64,000 bases of DNA from Alphaproteobacteria bacterium (GTDB taxonomy: Bacteria; Pseudomonadota; Alphaproteobacteria; UBA9219): contig WRDR01000006.1 of the NCBI GenBank assembly GCA_009779745.1, forward strand, positions 3,469 through 67,468, given 5' to 3'. The position numbers and the translations under genes are program-made. Of the stretch, positions 53,006 to 62,636 are shown one piece after another (the first letter of the stretch is position 1; every line of letters begins with the position of its first letter). The notes under the pieces are model-generated. The model saw nothing but the letters and a program-made list of their open reading frames with translations. It was not told the DNA's origin and made no database searches.

Positions 53006-54367
53006 ATGAATGTGAAGCGTGAAATCGAAAGCGGCATACACAAAGGTGCTGCGTTATATGCTTATGTAGGCGGAGGAGGCTCGGGCGGCCCGAGCGGCGG
53101 ATGGGCTGGCTGTGGAGCTGGGTGGAAAGGTGGGACAATGGTCTGTATGCCACAGGTAGGTGTTAGGAGTACTACATGCACCGGACCTCTTGCCGGCTCT
53201 CGGTTCGTGGGAGGTACTCCCGGAGTGGTGAGGTATGACGGAACGATTGTCGCCAACCCGGGCGGAAGAGGAGGAAGAGGAATGTCGGGTGGAGCAGCAG
53301 CATCTGCTGGCACGGGAGGAGGCGGCGGCGGATTCGGCAGCGGAGGGGGAGGAGGAAGAGCAGCAGGAGGCTCAAGCGGAGGAAATGGCGGAGGAAGCGG
53401 CGTGGGTCTTGGAGCAAATAACTGGGTAAGTGCAACAACGTGGCCCAGTGCTGCCGGCGGAACGAGTACATACGGAGGCAACGGCGGTCTTATAATGCTA
53501 AACTACATCACGCCGACCGGACAATGTTTGTTGGCTGAGGTGGTGAATGGTGCTTGCGGGACTGCTGTCGGAGTCGCAAGTGCTTCGGCACCGACTGCAA
53601 ACCGCTGCATCTCGGGAATCGCACTCGAAGCCAACGGCGATGAGGACGAAGGAACCACTTGGACATGGACGTGTTCTGGAGTCAACGGTGGCACCAGTCC
53701 AACCTGCACGGCACCTCGTATAGTCAACGGTACCTGCGGAAATCTTGACGGAGTCGCAACTGCCGCTGCTCCGGAAAATGCGGCTGCAGTATTAGAGGAA
53801 GAAATTGAAATAACGCCTGCAAAGACACTCTGTGCAACCGGTGCTGCAACCACAGTCACGGATACCGGAACAGCATTCACTTGGAGCTGCAGCGGCATAA
53901 ATGGCGGAACTGCCAGTACTACTTGCTCTGCTCCTAAGATGATAGACGGTGTGTGCGGTGCTTCTGCTTATCCTAATATTACTACCGGAGTAACTTCTGC
54001 GCCAACGGCAAATCTTTGCTCTGCCGGAAATCCTTCTACAACTAATCCGCCTGCTGCAGGAGGAAACACAACCGCAAGTACTGCCGCACCAAATACTGCC
54101 ATTAACTATAGTTGGTCATGCACAGGGTTGTACGGCGGAACTAACACGAACTGCTTGGCTTTAAGGCGCGTGAACGGAAGCTGCGGCACTGCTACAAGCG
54201 GCAGCAGCAGCACGCCTCCTACTACTAACCTTTGCGCTAACGGAAGAGCAAGCGGCGTGACAACAAACACCTCGACATATACTTGGTCTTGTTATGGTAT
54301 AAACAACGGAACGAATGCGAATTGCTCTAAGCCTAGGGGGGGATTTGATATATACAACCCTTTCTAG
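53006..54367 (+). CDS. glycine-rich protein paralogous to 4430-5246, with four tandem roughly 60-70 aa Cys-rich modules (VNGxCG...AP...NLC...TW(T/S)CxGxNGGT...C.AP) and no signal peptide
   Basis: 'GLGANNWVSATTWP...GNGGLIMLNYITPTGQC' aligns to copy 1. Repeat modules found by eye. Confidence 0.65.
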   Translation: MNVKREIESGIHKGAALYAYVGGGGSGGPSGGWAGCGAGWKGGTMVCMPQVGVRSTTCTGPLAGSRFVGGTPGVVRYDGTIVANPGGRGGRGMSGGAAASAGTGGGGGGFGSGGGGGRAAGGSSGGNGGGSGVGLGANNWVSATTWPSAAGGTSTYGGNGGLIMLNYITPTGQCLLAEVVNGACGTAVGVASASAPTANRCISGIALEANGDEDEGTTWTWTCSGVNGGTSPTCTAPRIVNGTCGNLDGVATAAAPENAAAVLEEEIEITPAKTLCATGAATTVTDTGTAFTWSCSGINGGTASTTCSAPKMIDGVCGASAYPNITTGVTSAPTANLCSAGNPSTTNPPAAGGNTTASTAAPNTAINYSWSCTGLYGGTNTNCLALRRVNGSCGTATSGSSSTPPTTNLCANGRASGVTTNTSTYTWSCYGINNGTNANCSKPRGGFDIYNPF

Positions 54368-54695
54368 TTATTGCAACTGTTAAATAAATAATGGGGCGGT
54401 TTTGTGCGGTGGTGAGCTTTACATCACCCAACGGTCAGTGTTTGATTGATAGGAAATAGATAAGAGAAATGCTTGCAAAAAAAATCTAGCCGGAGCAGGG
54501 AGGTGCTCCGGCATTGATCTGCAAACGGTGAAAGCGGGAGGAAATCGCTTCACCTCTTCTACTTTAGCAGAACCATATAATAGCGAAAAACCACCCCCCA
54601 AGTCAAGGAAATGTTCGTTATTTGTTCTTTTATTTTTTGTTATTTTAGGCAAAAAAAGGCTTGCTTTTTCTTATTTTCACTTTCCGCTTTTCACA

Positions 54696-55130
54696 TTACG
54701 GAAGCACATACACGCCGCACAAAGAGCCGCCGCCTGCAACAGGCACTCTGCCTGAGCATGTAGTAGGCTCCCAGCCGCGATACCTCATGCACTCTGTGAC
54801 GATAAGAGCAGGCGACTGAACGCAAGTCTCTGTCTCTTTATCCATTTGCACGGTAGTGCTTGTTTGCACTAGACGCTGTTTGTCTTTTTGAAACTGTATG
54901 GCAGTGTCTCTGGGAATATTAGTCGGGAAAATACCGCAGTGGCACTGGCTGAGATCGAATTCAAGCTTCTGCTGTAATTTGTCCGGAGGCATGAGAATAT
55001 TGGGCTCGCTTATAGGTCTCCAGAACTGAACAACAGAGTCGCCCATTTTCCAGATACTATCGCTTTCACAAGCAGTAACTAACAGTGCAGTTGCCGCAAC
55101 AGTACATATAGTAGTAAGTGAACGCCTCAT
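54696..55130 (-). CDS. putative lipoprotein, Cys-rich
   Basis: Signal peptide with lipobox 'LLVTAC'. Start chosen at 'MRRSL' because GGAG lies upstream. Confidence 0.45.
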   Translation of the reverse strand: MRRSLTTICTVAATALLVTACESDSIWKMGDSVVQFWRPISEPNILMPPDKLQQKLEFDLSQCHCGIFPTNIPRDTAIQFQKDKQRLVQTSTTVQMDKETETCVQSPALIVTECMRYRGWEPTTCSGRVPVAGGGSLCGVYVLP

Positions 55131-55226
55131 GCAAATCTCCATTTTTAGACACTCTACAAGTAAAGCAATATACTCAATAGCTTAAAAAAGATTTAACATA
55201 CACAACTTCACACTCCACACTTCTAA

Positions 55227-55925
55227 CTATAACAATCCATTGTGTTTGAAGCTGAAAAACGAACCGGAACTCATAATCATATGGTCTATTACGGTTATGT
55301 CTACGGCTAAACAAGACTGTACCAGCTGCTTTGTTATTTCTTCATCTTCCTTGCTGGGCTGCACATCGCCGGACGGGTGATTATGTGCCAGCACTATCGA
55401 AGACGCATTCAACTCTACTCCTTTTTTCACTATCTCTTTTATCAGTATCGGTGCCCTGTTCGGCATTCCAGCTTCTTTTATTTCGTCTTTGATGATGCGT
55501 CCTTTTGTGTCTATGAACAGCACTCTCACATGCTCTACGGCTTCATGCCCTATGCTCATTCTTAAATAGTCTATTATGCGCTGCCAGCTGTTGAACACGT
55601 CTTTGTCGAGTATTTCTTCTTTTGCTGCGCGCAGTGCTATTGTACTTACTATCAGCAAAGCTCCTATGACAGCCTCGGATAGTCCGGAGGCTTTCAGTCT
55701 TTCCGGCGTTGCGCTAAGCAGTTTCCACAGCCCGCCGTATTCTTGCAATAGCTTTTTTGCCAGCGGCTTTACATCTTGTCTTGGTATAGAGGCGAACAAG
55801 AGGCATTCTAAAATCTCATAGTCCAGCAAGCCGTCGCCGTGAGTGATGAATAATCTCTTCCGCAATCTGTCTCTGTGCCCTTTTTGGAAATCTTTTAGGG
55901 CATGGTCTTTTGGTGATTTATTCAT
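55227..55925 (-). CDS. radC: RadC-like JAB/MPN-domain protein (UPF0758)
   Basis: JAMM motif 'HNHPSGDVQPSKED' and an N-terminal HhH region. Confidence 0.8.
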   Translation of the reverse strand: MNKSPKDHALKDFQKGHRDRLRKRLFITHGDGLLDYEILECLLFASIPRQDVKPLAKKLLQEYGGLWKLLSATPERLKASGLSEAVIGALLIVSTIALRAAKEEILDKDVFNSWQRIIDYLRMSIGHEAVEHVRVLFIDTKGRIIKDEIKEAGMPNRAPILIKEIVKKGVELNASSIVLAHNHPSGDVQPSKEDEEITKQLVQSCLAVDITVIDHMIMSSGSFFSFKHNGLL

Positions 55926-55982
55926 GGTGGAGCTGCAAAGTTGAATGTAGAGAATTCATACTAAGCAGCAATTCACATTTTT

Positions 55983-57260
55983 TCAACCATTTATCTTTGT
56001 AAATGCAGACTTGCCTCCGGACAGCGAGAATCTTCTCTCCGGCTTTGGCTCCATACATTTGTTCCAATAGCCCGGAGCCTGCAGGTTAGCCAGTCCTTCG
56101 TTTACATTTTTTAACTCTATGCCGCTATTTTGCAGAACAACCGCCAATACAGGTGCTAGGCTGCGCATAGTGTTGAGATAAGAGTCATCAGTAGCATCTT
56201 TGAGGATATGTTCGTCAGTCGTGGAGTTGCTTGGAGTTTTATATCCCAGACTCGCGCCTGTAAAGTAGAAGTTTCCTTTATCATACCCCTCATTTGTAGC
56301 AACCCTGCCAAGACATTTATTTTCAGCGCAGAGCCTTATATAGGCTTTGTATTCGTCATCATTTTTCAAAACAAGTCTTGCCGCCAGATTTGTTGCTCTG
56401 TCCGCAATACCTGTTTTAGCTATCATACGGTTGTCAAGAGATCTTGTGCTGATTACTACATAAATCTCATCGTCTTTTAACCCTTGCTGAAGCATCAAAG
56501 CCAGAGGAGAAGCCATGGAGTCTGAATAACGGTGCCCGTTCAAAACTTTAGGATACCCTCCTATTCCCGGTATAATACAAGCAGCTTCGAATCTATCCAG
56601 AGTGTCGGTCTCGTCTGCCGGCTGTATCCCCAGAAACTCCAGTTTCATAGTGTCTAAATTAGCCGCCGCGAAATAAATGGGCACTCTGTTTTCTTTTAAG
56701 GCGTCAAAATGCAGCTCGTTTTCTACGAGATCTTTTGCGTATTTCAAGTCCATAGGAGGAGCAAAATTACCGTTTGAACCGATAACCTCTTTTGTCGCTA
56801 ACGCCCATATTACAGACTTCATTCTTTTCATATCTAAAAATTTAGTGCCGGCCATGTCATGGAATATTATAGGAGAAGTAAGCCTTGCATCTCCGGTTAC
56901 AGCGAACAAGGACAGCGGAGCACCTATAGATGTTGCGGAAATCTTATCGGCAACGGCGGCAATGCCTTTTGCGTTTCTGTAAGCAATTATCTCCCAGCTT
57001 TCTTGTTCTTTGTTGAGGCTCTTTACTGCAAGAGCGAAATCGCCGTTATGTACTACGGTTAACTGCGCCAAACGCCCGAGAGACTCGAACGCGGATAATG
57101 CGCCGGCTCCTATGACGCCGCGCATTCCGCCGCCTTCGAGTACTACGTTTATCTTTCTGGTATCCGCTGGTTTTTGTTTTAAACCGGTGTTCGCTTCGAC
57201 TATACGGTTTATTATGGCGTATTCCGTTAAAATTTTTCCTGACATGATAATACTCTTCAA
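55983..57260 (-). CDS. patatin-like phospholipase domain protein
   Basis: Oxyanion-hole 'LEGGGMRGVIGAG' and a G-x-S-x-G-like 'SATSIGA' in a 425 aa ORF. Confidence 0.5.
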   Translation of the reverse strand: MKSIIMSGKILTEYAIINRIVEANTGLKQKPADTRKINVVLEGGGMRGVIGAGALSAFESLGRLAQLTVVHNGDFALAVKSLNKEQESWEIIAYRNAKGIAAVADKISATSIGAPLSLFAVTGDARLTSPIIFHDMAGTKFLDMKRMKSVIWALATKEVIGSNGNFAPPMDLKYAKDLVENELHFDALKENRVPIYFAAANLDTMKLEFLGIQPADETDTLDRFEAACIIPGIGGYPKVLNGHRYSDSMASPLALMLQQGLKDDEIYVVISTRSLDNRMIAKTGIADRATNLAARLVLKNDDEYKAYIRLCAENKCLGRVATNEGYDKGNFYFTGASLGYKTPSNSTTDEHILKDATDDSYLNTMRSLAPVLAVVLQNSGIELKNVNEGLANLQAPGYWNKCMEPKPERRFSLSGGKSAFTKING

Positions 57261-57390
57261 ATTTGATTTATATATTCATTATAACAAATAACAGTTGCTA
57301 CTATGTTGCTAATTATAGCTGCCGGCACTACTTTTATCAACTATTATTACTTTAACCAACTCCAAACTTTAAGCATAAATTAAGTAGTTT

Positions 57391-58668
57391 ATGATACGAA
57401 AAATGGTTAATTTACAGGAGATTAAAATGACCTTTTCAACAAGGACGGCGTTCACGGTATTATTCCTAGCCTGCGCCTCCTATACTCTTAGTATTTTCCT
57501 GAGACTATTTCCCACTGTACTTGTAGAAGATTTCACAATAGATCTCGCAATTAACACTGCCGAAGTGGGTCTTTTCAGCAGTACGACCATGCTTGCCTAC
57601 GGACTCATGCAGCTGCCTTCCGGATTGCTGGCAGATGCTTTCGGAGGCAAAAGAACTATTGTCTGGCTTGGTATCTTAGCCGGCTTGTGTACGCTTGTTT
57701 TTGCGTTCTCCGGCGATATTACGGTAATGACATTAAGCAGAGTTGTGACCGGTTTTTCCATAGCTGTAACAATTCCGGCTCTGGCATTGCTTGCGCATCA
57801 TTTTCCTGCGCACATGTACGCAAGAGCCGCCAGTATTTTGCTGAGTTGCGGAGGTCTCGGCACTATCCTTGCTGCGCCTCCGCTTATAGCTCTGTCCGGT
57901 GCTTTCGGCTGGCAGTATGCTTTGGCTTTCTTTGCTGTTCTGGTTTTAATAGTAACTTTTTTGATTGTAATCCTTATACCAAAGGATAAAGCGGCATCTG
58001 ATATGAATAAAGTTCCGGTGAAAGATTTGTGGATTGGGATTAAAAAAGTTTTCTCGTCTTTGCAATTCTGGCCTTTCGCCTTGTGGCAGATGTTTATGTC
58101 CGGCACGTACTTTATGCTGGCATCTTTATGGTGGGGGCCTTACATAACGGAAGGTTCTGGGTTTTCTGTGACAGAGGTAGGCATCATAATGACAGTAGTT
58201 GCCGCAACGATTTTCATTGGTCAGCCTGTGCTGGGATATTTCTCTGACGTTGTGGTGAGGGCGAGAAAAAAGCCGGTGCTTATAATTTCTGCAATAGGAA
58301 TGATAAGCTCTGTAGCGATGGTTATGTATACCGGACAAATGACTTTTACTATGCTTATTATTCAAACGGTATCTTTAGTGATAGGAATAGGGCTTGGATC
58401 TCCGCTGATTTTCACTATGGTAAAAGAGACATTTCCGCTTAATCTTGCAGGCACTGCATCAGGGAGCATGAACATGCTGTATCCTATTTGGGCGGCTGTT
58501 ATGCAGACTTTATTTGGAATAGTTTATGAGTATAAACTTGCGGATAGCACTCCTGCTGAAGCAATGGGAGCAGCCTCATGGATTGTAGTAGCGAACTGTG
58601 CTGCGGCAGTGATAGTGTGTTTTCTGATGAAAGAAACATTTATCGGCAAACAACCTGAAGCGACCTAA
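57391..58668 (+). CDS. MFS transporter
   Basis: About 12 hydrophobic helices in a 425 aa ORF. Confidence 0.7.
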   Translation: MIRKMVNLQEIKMTFSTRTAFTVLFLACASYTLSIFLRLFPTVLVEDFTIDLAINTAEVGLFSSTTMLAYGLMQLPSGLLADAFGGKRTIVWLGILAGLCTLVFAFSGDITVMTLSRVVTGFSIAVTIPALALLAHHFPAHMYARAASILLSCGGLGTILAAPPLIALSGAFGWQYALAFFAVLVLIVTFLIVILIPKDKAASDMNKVPVKDLWIGIKKVFSSLQFWPFALWQMFMSGTYFMLASLWWGPYITEGSGFSVTEVGIIMTVVAATIFIGQPVLGYFSDVVVRARKKPVLIISAIGMISSVAMVMYTGQMTFTMLIIQTVSLVIGIGLGSPLIFTMVKETFPLNLAGTASGSMNMLYPIWAAVMQTLFGIVYEYKLADSTPAEAMGAASWIVVANCAAAVIVCFLMKETFIGKQPEAT

Positions 58669-58844
58669 ACCAATTCTACATTTCACTATCTGTGCTTATA
58701 TCCGGATAAGTTCTGGGAAACGGCCTGTCTTTTTTGCCTAATGGAGAATCCACATGGCTTGCTTGTTTTCCGCAAGCGGAAACGGACACAGCGCATATAA
58801 TCAGCACTATGCCCGTCAGTAAAACTACTATTGTCCTTTTCAAA

Positions 58845-59474
58845 TTACGCTGCCTTAGAAGTCATGCTCTTAACAACGCCGTACACTTCATTAAGGCTGT
58901 CGTTGACGCACTGGCTTACGGTTTCTACCGCCTGAGAATTGCAGCGGGCAAAAGTTTCGGAAGCATCACGCAGAGTGTTCATGTACTTTTCCATAGCGAT
59001 TTTGCTCATCTCTGCCTGTTTCTTAGCTTTTTCCTCTGGAGTAGGAGAAGCCATAATATCGCGGAACATCTGAGAGTTATCTTCCATTAACTGGCGGTAA
59101 CCTTCCATTTGACGTTTAAACAGCGATTGCAAGGTTTCAAAAGAGCTTTGGCTGAAAGCACCCAAAACTTCCATATTCTTGCGTTGAACAGCAATCAGGG
59201 CTTCCATATCAATGAAAGGCACAGTCTTAGCACCGCATTGCGACATCATCTGCTGCATCTGTTTTTGAAAGTCACCCATGTTTTGCTGGGCTTTCTGCAT
59301 TTGTTCAGACCAAGCCGAAGAGAAATCCTGCCCCTGAGAGCCTAAAGGCTGGAAAAAAGCTGGACTCATCATCTTTGACATATCAAAAGACTTGTAGAAG
59401 TCAGAAATTTTAGACATATCAAAAAATTTAGACATATCAGCGGAACAGAAAGGATTATTGAACGACATTAACAC
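58845..59474 (-). CDS. phasin-family protein (PHA granule-associated), with an N-terminal triple 'DMSK' repeat
   Basis: Amphipathic alpha-helical Q/M-rich sequence 'EALIAVQRKNMEVLGAFSQSSFETLQSL'. The family call is tentative. Confidence 0.45.
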   Translation of the reverse strand: MLMSFNNPFCSADMSKFFDMSKISDFYKSFDMSKMMSPAFFQPLGSQGQDFSSAWSEQMQKAQQNMGDFQKQMQQMMSQCGAKTVPFIDMEALIAVQRKNMEVLGAFSQSSFETLQSLFKRQMEGYRQLMEDNSQMFRDIMASPTPEEKAKKQAEMSKIAMEKYMNTLRDASETFARCNSQAVETVSQCVNDSLNEVYGVVKSMTSKAA

Positions 59475-59710
59475 CCCCAGAAACGTTGCAAAAGAAAAAA
59501 ATTATATATGAGACAACCCACGCAAACAAGACACTCTGGCATTAAACCAGAATAATATTTACCCTCTATAATTATTGACCCACACAAGAAACTGCATGGA
59601 TGCAAGATTACCAGCACCACCGATTATGGTTAATTTATACCCTACTTTCTTTCTGTTGTCTAGCTCTTTTTTTGCATCGCACATACTTTTTTATTTCCGC
59701 TTTTCACTTT

Positions 59711-59757
59711 CCGCATTAATAAAAAATGCCGCCTAGCCTTAAACTAGACGGCATTTA
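59711..59757 (-). terminator. rho-independent terminator after the bactofilin gene (stem AAAUGCCG.../...CGGCAUUU followed by a T-tract on the minus strand)
   Basis: Seen in sequence. Confidence 0.6.
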
Positions 59758-59773
59758 ATACACTTTCAAAGAC

Positions 59774-60370
59774 TTACAGTACCTGACCGCCCTTACTCTT
59801 GTCTTCTTCCACGGCTGGAGAGAAGCGGGTGGCATTCTTGAAAGAAGACACCGGGCCAGTCTTAGGAGACATAGCACCGTTAGTGACTTCCAATTCGCCG
59901 ATTATCTGACCACCGACATTGACTTCGAGTTCGCCGTACTTGACTCTGCCGCCGACTCTGCCGGTGGAACGAATGGTGAGTCTTCCGTGCACTACTAGGT
60001 CGCCGTCATATCTTCCTGCGATGTCGGCATTTTCAATCTCAACATTGCCCTTGAACTGACCGGTTTCTTGGATTTCCAGCAGTCTGCCGTCCGTAAGAGT
60101 AACTTCTACCTTACCGGCAACAACGAGAATATCGCACGAAACAATCTCTCCTTTAAGAGACAGGCCGTCTCCGACAATCAGCTTTCTGCCTTCGCCGGAT
60201 GCCGCCTGAACTCTTTTATTACCAACATCAGCCAAACGCCTTGGCACGCCGCCGACACGCGGCATAGTAGGTATTGCATCAGAGCGAGGCGAAGAAATAA
60301 TGGAAGTATCTTCCATCTCTTCCAGTTCATCTCTAAAATCTGTTTTATTTTTTTCCTTAGGTCCAAACAT
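59774..60370 (-). CDS. bactofilin-family cytoskeletal protein (DUF583)
   Basis: Repetitive beta-helix pattern 'VGDGLSLKGEIVSCDILVVAGKVEVTLTDGRLLEIQETGQFKGNVEIENADIAG'. Confidence 0.7.
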   Translation of the reverse strand: MFGPKEKNKTDFRDELEEMEDTSIISSPRSDAIPTMPRVGGVPRRLADVGNKRVQAASGEGRKLIVGDGLSLKGEIVSCDILVVAGKVEVTLTDGRLLEIQETGQFKGNVEIENADIAGRYDGDLVVHGRLTIRSTGRVGGRVKYGELEVNVGGQIIGELEVTNGAMSPKTGPVSSFKNATRFSPAVEEDKSKGGQVL

Positions 60371-60619
60371 CCGTTACTCCTGCGAAATGAGGTATCGAAA
60401 CAACATATTCGAATCATTAACACATCTTTAATAAAGTTTGCAAGAACCAAAATAAAACTTCTCGAAATTATTAGAGATTCCTGAAAAAAGATATAGATAG
60501 CGGGTGTTGAGCCTGTTAATAGTTTATATCTTTTATTTACTTGCGCATTCAATTATTGTTCGTATAGCCTAATACTCTATATTTCTTATGCGAATCACCA
60601 ATTAAGAGAAAATAATAAC

Positions 60620-61624
60620 ATGATCGATATATGTGCCGTAGGCAATGCTCTTGTAGACGTAATTATTTCTGTCAATGACGAGTTTCTCATTGAAAACAAT
60701 ATTGTAAAAGGCACTATGCAGCTTATAGATGAAGATGTATCTGATGTGCTTCTCTCTAAAATAGGCGGCAATAATCACTCTGCTTTTAAAGGGGAAGTTG
60801 CGAAAATGTCGTCCGGAGGCTCTGCTGCCAACACAGTGGCAGGAGCTGCGAATTTAGGCTCTAAATGCTGTTTTTTCGGCAAAATAGGCAATGATGTACT
60901 AGGTAAAGTCTTTGCTAATGATTTGAAAAATCAGAAGATTTCTTTCTCGACTCAGCCCTCTCATGTTTTATCTACAGGGCGGTGTTTGTCTTTTGTGACT
61001 CCGGACGCGCAACGGAGCATGGTTACGTTTCTTGGAGCTGCCAGCGAATTCGATTCGAATGATCTTAATCCCGGACTCATAGAGCAGTCTAAAGTAATTT
61101 ATTTGGAGGGCTATCTTTTTGACAAGCCCAGTGCTCAAAAGGCTTTTGTCGCCGCTGCTAAAATAGCGCATAAGGCGGGACGGAAAGTAGCCATGACTCT
61201 GTCCGATGCTTTTTGCGTAGATCGGCACCGCGAGGCTTTCTTAGCTCTTATTCAGAAAGATATTGATATAATATTTGGCAATAAGGCGGAACTGACTTCT
61301 TTGTATCAGACTGATAATTTCGAAGAGGCTATAAGAATGGCTCACAAGTCCGTAGATATAGTTGTGGCTACACAGTCCGAAGAAGGAGCTGTAATCATGG
61401 ACAAGCACGAGATGATACACTCTCCTGCGCACGCTGTTCCTGCTGTAGTAGACACTACGGGCGCAGGCGATTTGTTTGCCGCCGGATTTCTGCACGGTCT
61501 GACTTCAGGAAAAACACTTAGAGAATGCGGGCACATAGCCAACATTATTGCTGCCGAGTGCATAAGCCACTACGGCCCCCGCCCTCCTACGAATCTCAGA
61601 GAAATCCTCAACGCAGAGTTATAA
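60620..61624 (+). CDS. PfkB-family carbohydrate/adenosine kinase
   Basis: 'DTTGAGDLFAAGFLHGL' anion-hole motif in a 334 aa ORF. Confidence 0.8.
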   Translation: MIDICAVGNALVDVIISVNDEFLIENNIVKGTMQLIDEDVSDVLLSKIGGNNHSAFKGEVAKMSSGGSAANTVAGAANLGSKCCFFGKIGNDVLGKVFANDLKNQKISFSTQPSHVLSTGRCLSFVTPDAQRSMVTFLGAASEFDSNDLNPGLIEQSKVIYLEGYLFDKPSAQKAFVAAAKIAHKAGRKVAMTLSDAFCVDRHREAFLALIQKDIDIIFGNKAELTSLYQTDNFEEAIRMAHKSVDIVVATQSEEGAVIMDKHEMIHSPAHAVPAVVDTTGAGDLFAAGFLHGLTSGKTLRECGHIANIIAAECISHYGPRPPTNLREILNAEL

Positions 61625-62470
61625 AGCCTTTTGCCGGCGAATGGGCGGACTGTCGTAATGCAGTGAAGGCAAGACGGGGTGCGGGGAGTACTCTTTATAC
61701 TGCTTACCCATCATTTTTATTGAAGCCTTTACAAGAGCATCTACGGAATCAACACGCTGCGGAAAATCATTATCTTGGACAAACCACGAAAGATCTGTAC
61801 AGCCGGTAATTATATACTCGCATCCTTGATCTAACAGGTGTTCCAAAACCATGTTAAAGTCTTCTATATTTCCTTTTCCCGTTTTCTTTACTTGGGAATA
61901 AATAATTTCCATAGTCTTTGCCTGCATATCCTTGCTGGGCGACACAGGGACAAGACCTACACGTTCCAGTGCCTTGTGATAAAGACCCATTTGCACAGTG
62001 CCGTCGGTTGCCATAATCCCAACCTTTACCTCCCTCTCACTCTCTCCTCTCTCCTCTCTCCTCTCTCCCGCCCTCTCCTTTACCGCTTTCACGGTTTCAT
62101 CAACTATATTAATTACTTTTACTTTACTTTCAATAAAAGGAATAAAGTATGTCAAAGTATTACACGTAAGCACCACGGAATCAACACCGGCATCGGCAAA
62201 TAGTTTTAGACTGTCGTTAAACTCGTCCACAACAGCCTGCACAAGAGCAGGGTCATTGCTTAAAATTGCCGTGGTTCTATCGGGTATGGCAGTGTCGCTG
62301 TAGATAAGAGCGCGAATATGCTCTTGATCTTTTTCAGCACAGGTATGTTTTACGATTTTATCATAAAACGAGACAGTGGCATCTGGACCCATGCCGCCGA
62401 GAATTCCAAGAATAGGTTGTTTATTATTTCTCATACAAGCAGGATTAACACACTTATCCCTGAATAACAA
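61619..62470 (-). CDS. Asp/Glu/hydantoin racemase-family protein with an in-frame low-complexity insert encoded by (CTCTCCT)n
   Basis: 'ILGGMGPDAT', 'LTCNT' and 'ITGCTD' racemase motifs. The insert reads 'KERAGERREERGESEREVK'. True start may be the Met at 62434. Confidence 0.65.
   Translation of the reverse strand: MLFRDKCVNPACMRNNKQPILGILGGMGPDATVSFYDKIVKHTCAEKDQEHIRALIYSDTAIPDRTTAILSNDPALVQAVVDEFNDSLKLFADAGVDSVVLTCNTLTYFIPFIESKVKVINIVDETVKAVKERAGERREERGESEREVKVGIMATDGTVQMGLYHKALERVGLVPVSPSKDMQAKTMEIIYSQVKKTGKGNIEDFNMVLEHLLDQGCEYIITGCTDLSWFVQDNDFPQRVDSVDALVKASIKMMGKQYKEYSPHPVLPSLHYDSPPIRRQKAL
62034..62068. repeat. (CTCTCCT)x3 perfect units plus two degenerate flanking units inside the racemase gene
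   Basis: Counted directly at 62041-62061. Confidence 0.85.
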
Positions 62471-62636
62471 GATAAATTTTTATGTACCGGAGCATAGTTG
62501 CTGCGTATTACAAGCCCGGAGCCGTGAGTTGCTTCACTGCCCTGCCTCTTGTTGGGGAATGCGAACTCTTCGTCCAAATAAAAACCTCTGCGTTCAAACT
62601 CCTCTATTACAATCTCAAGGCTTATGGAATGCCCTG

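Noticed and set aside
53062-53898. Pro-rich ORFs (139 and 131 aa) on the minus strand
   Set aside because: They are the reverse complement of the Gly-rich coding sequence (GGN to NCC), an artefact of codon composition.
54650-54700. 'TTTTCAC TTTCCGC TTTTCAC' direct repeats, also near 59695 and 44190, as a possible response-regulator binding site
   Set aside because: The copies lie downstream of gene ends rather than in promoters, and the spacing is inconsistent between copies. They are probably another small dispersed repeat.
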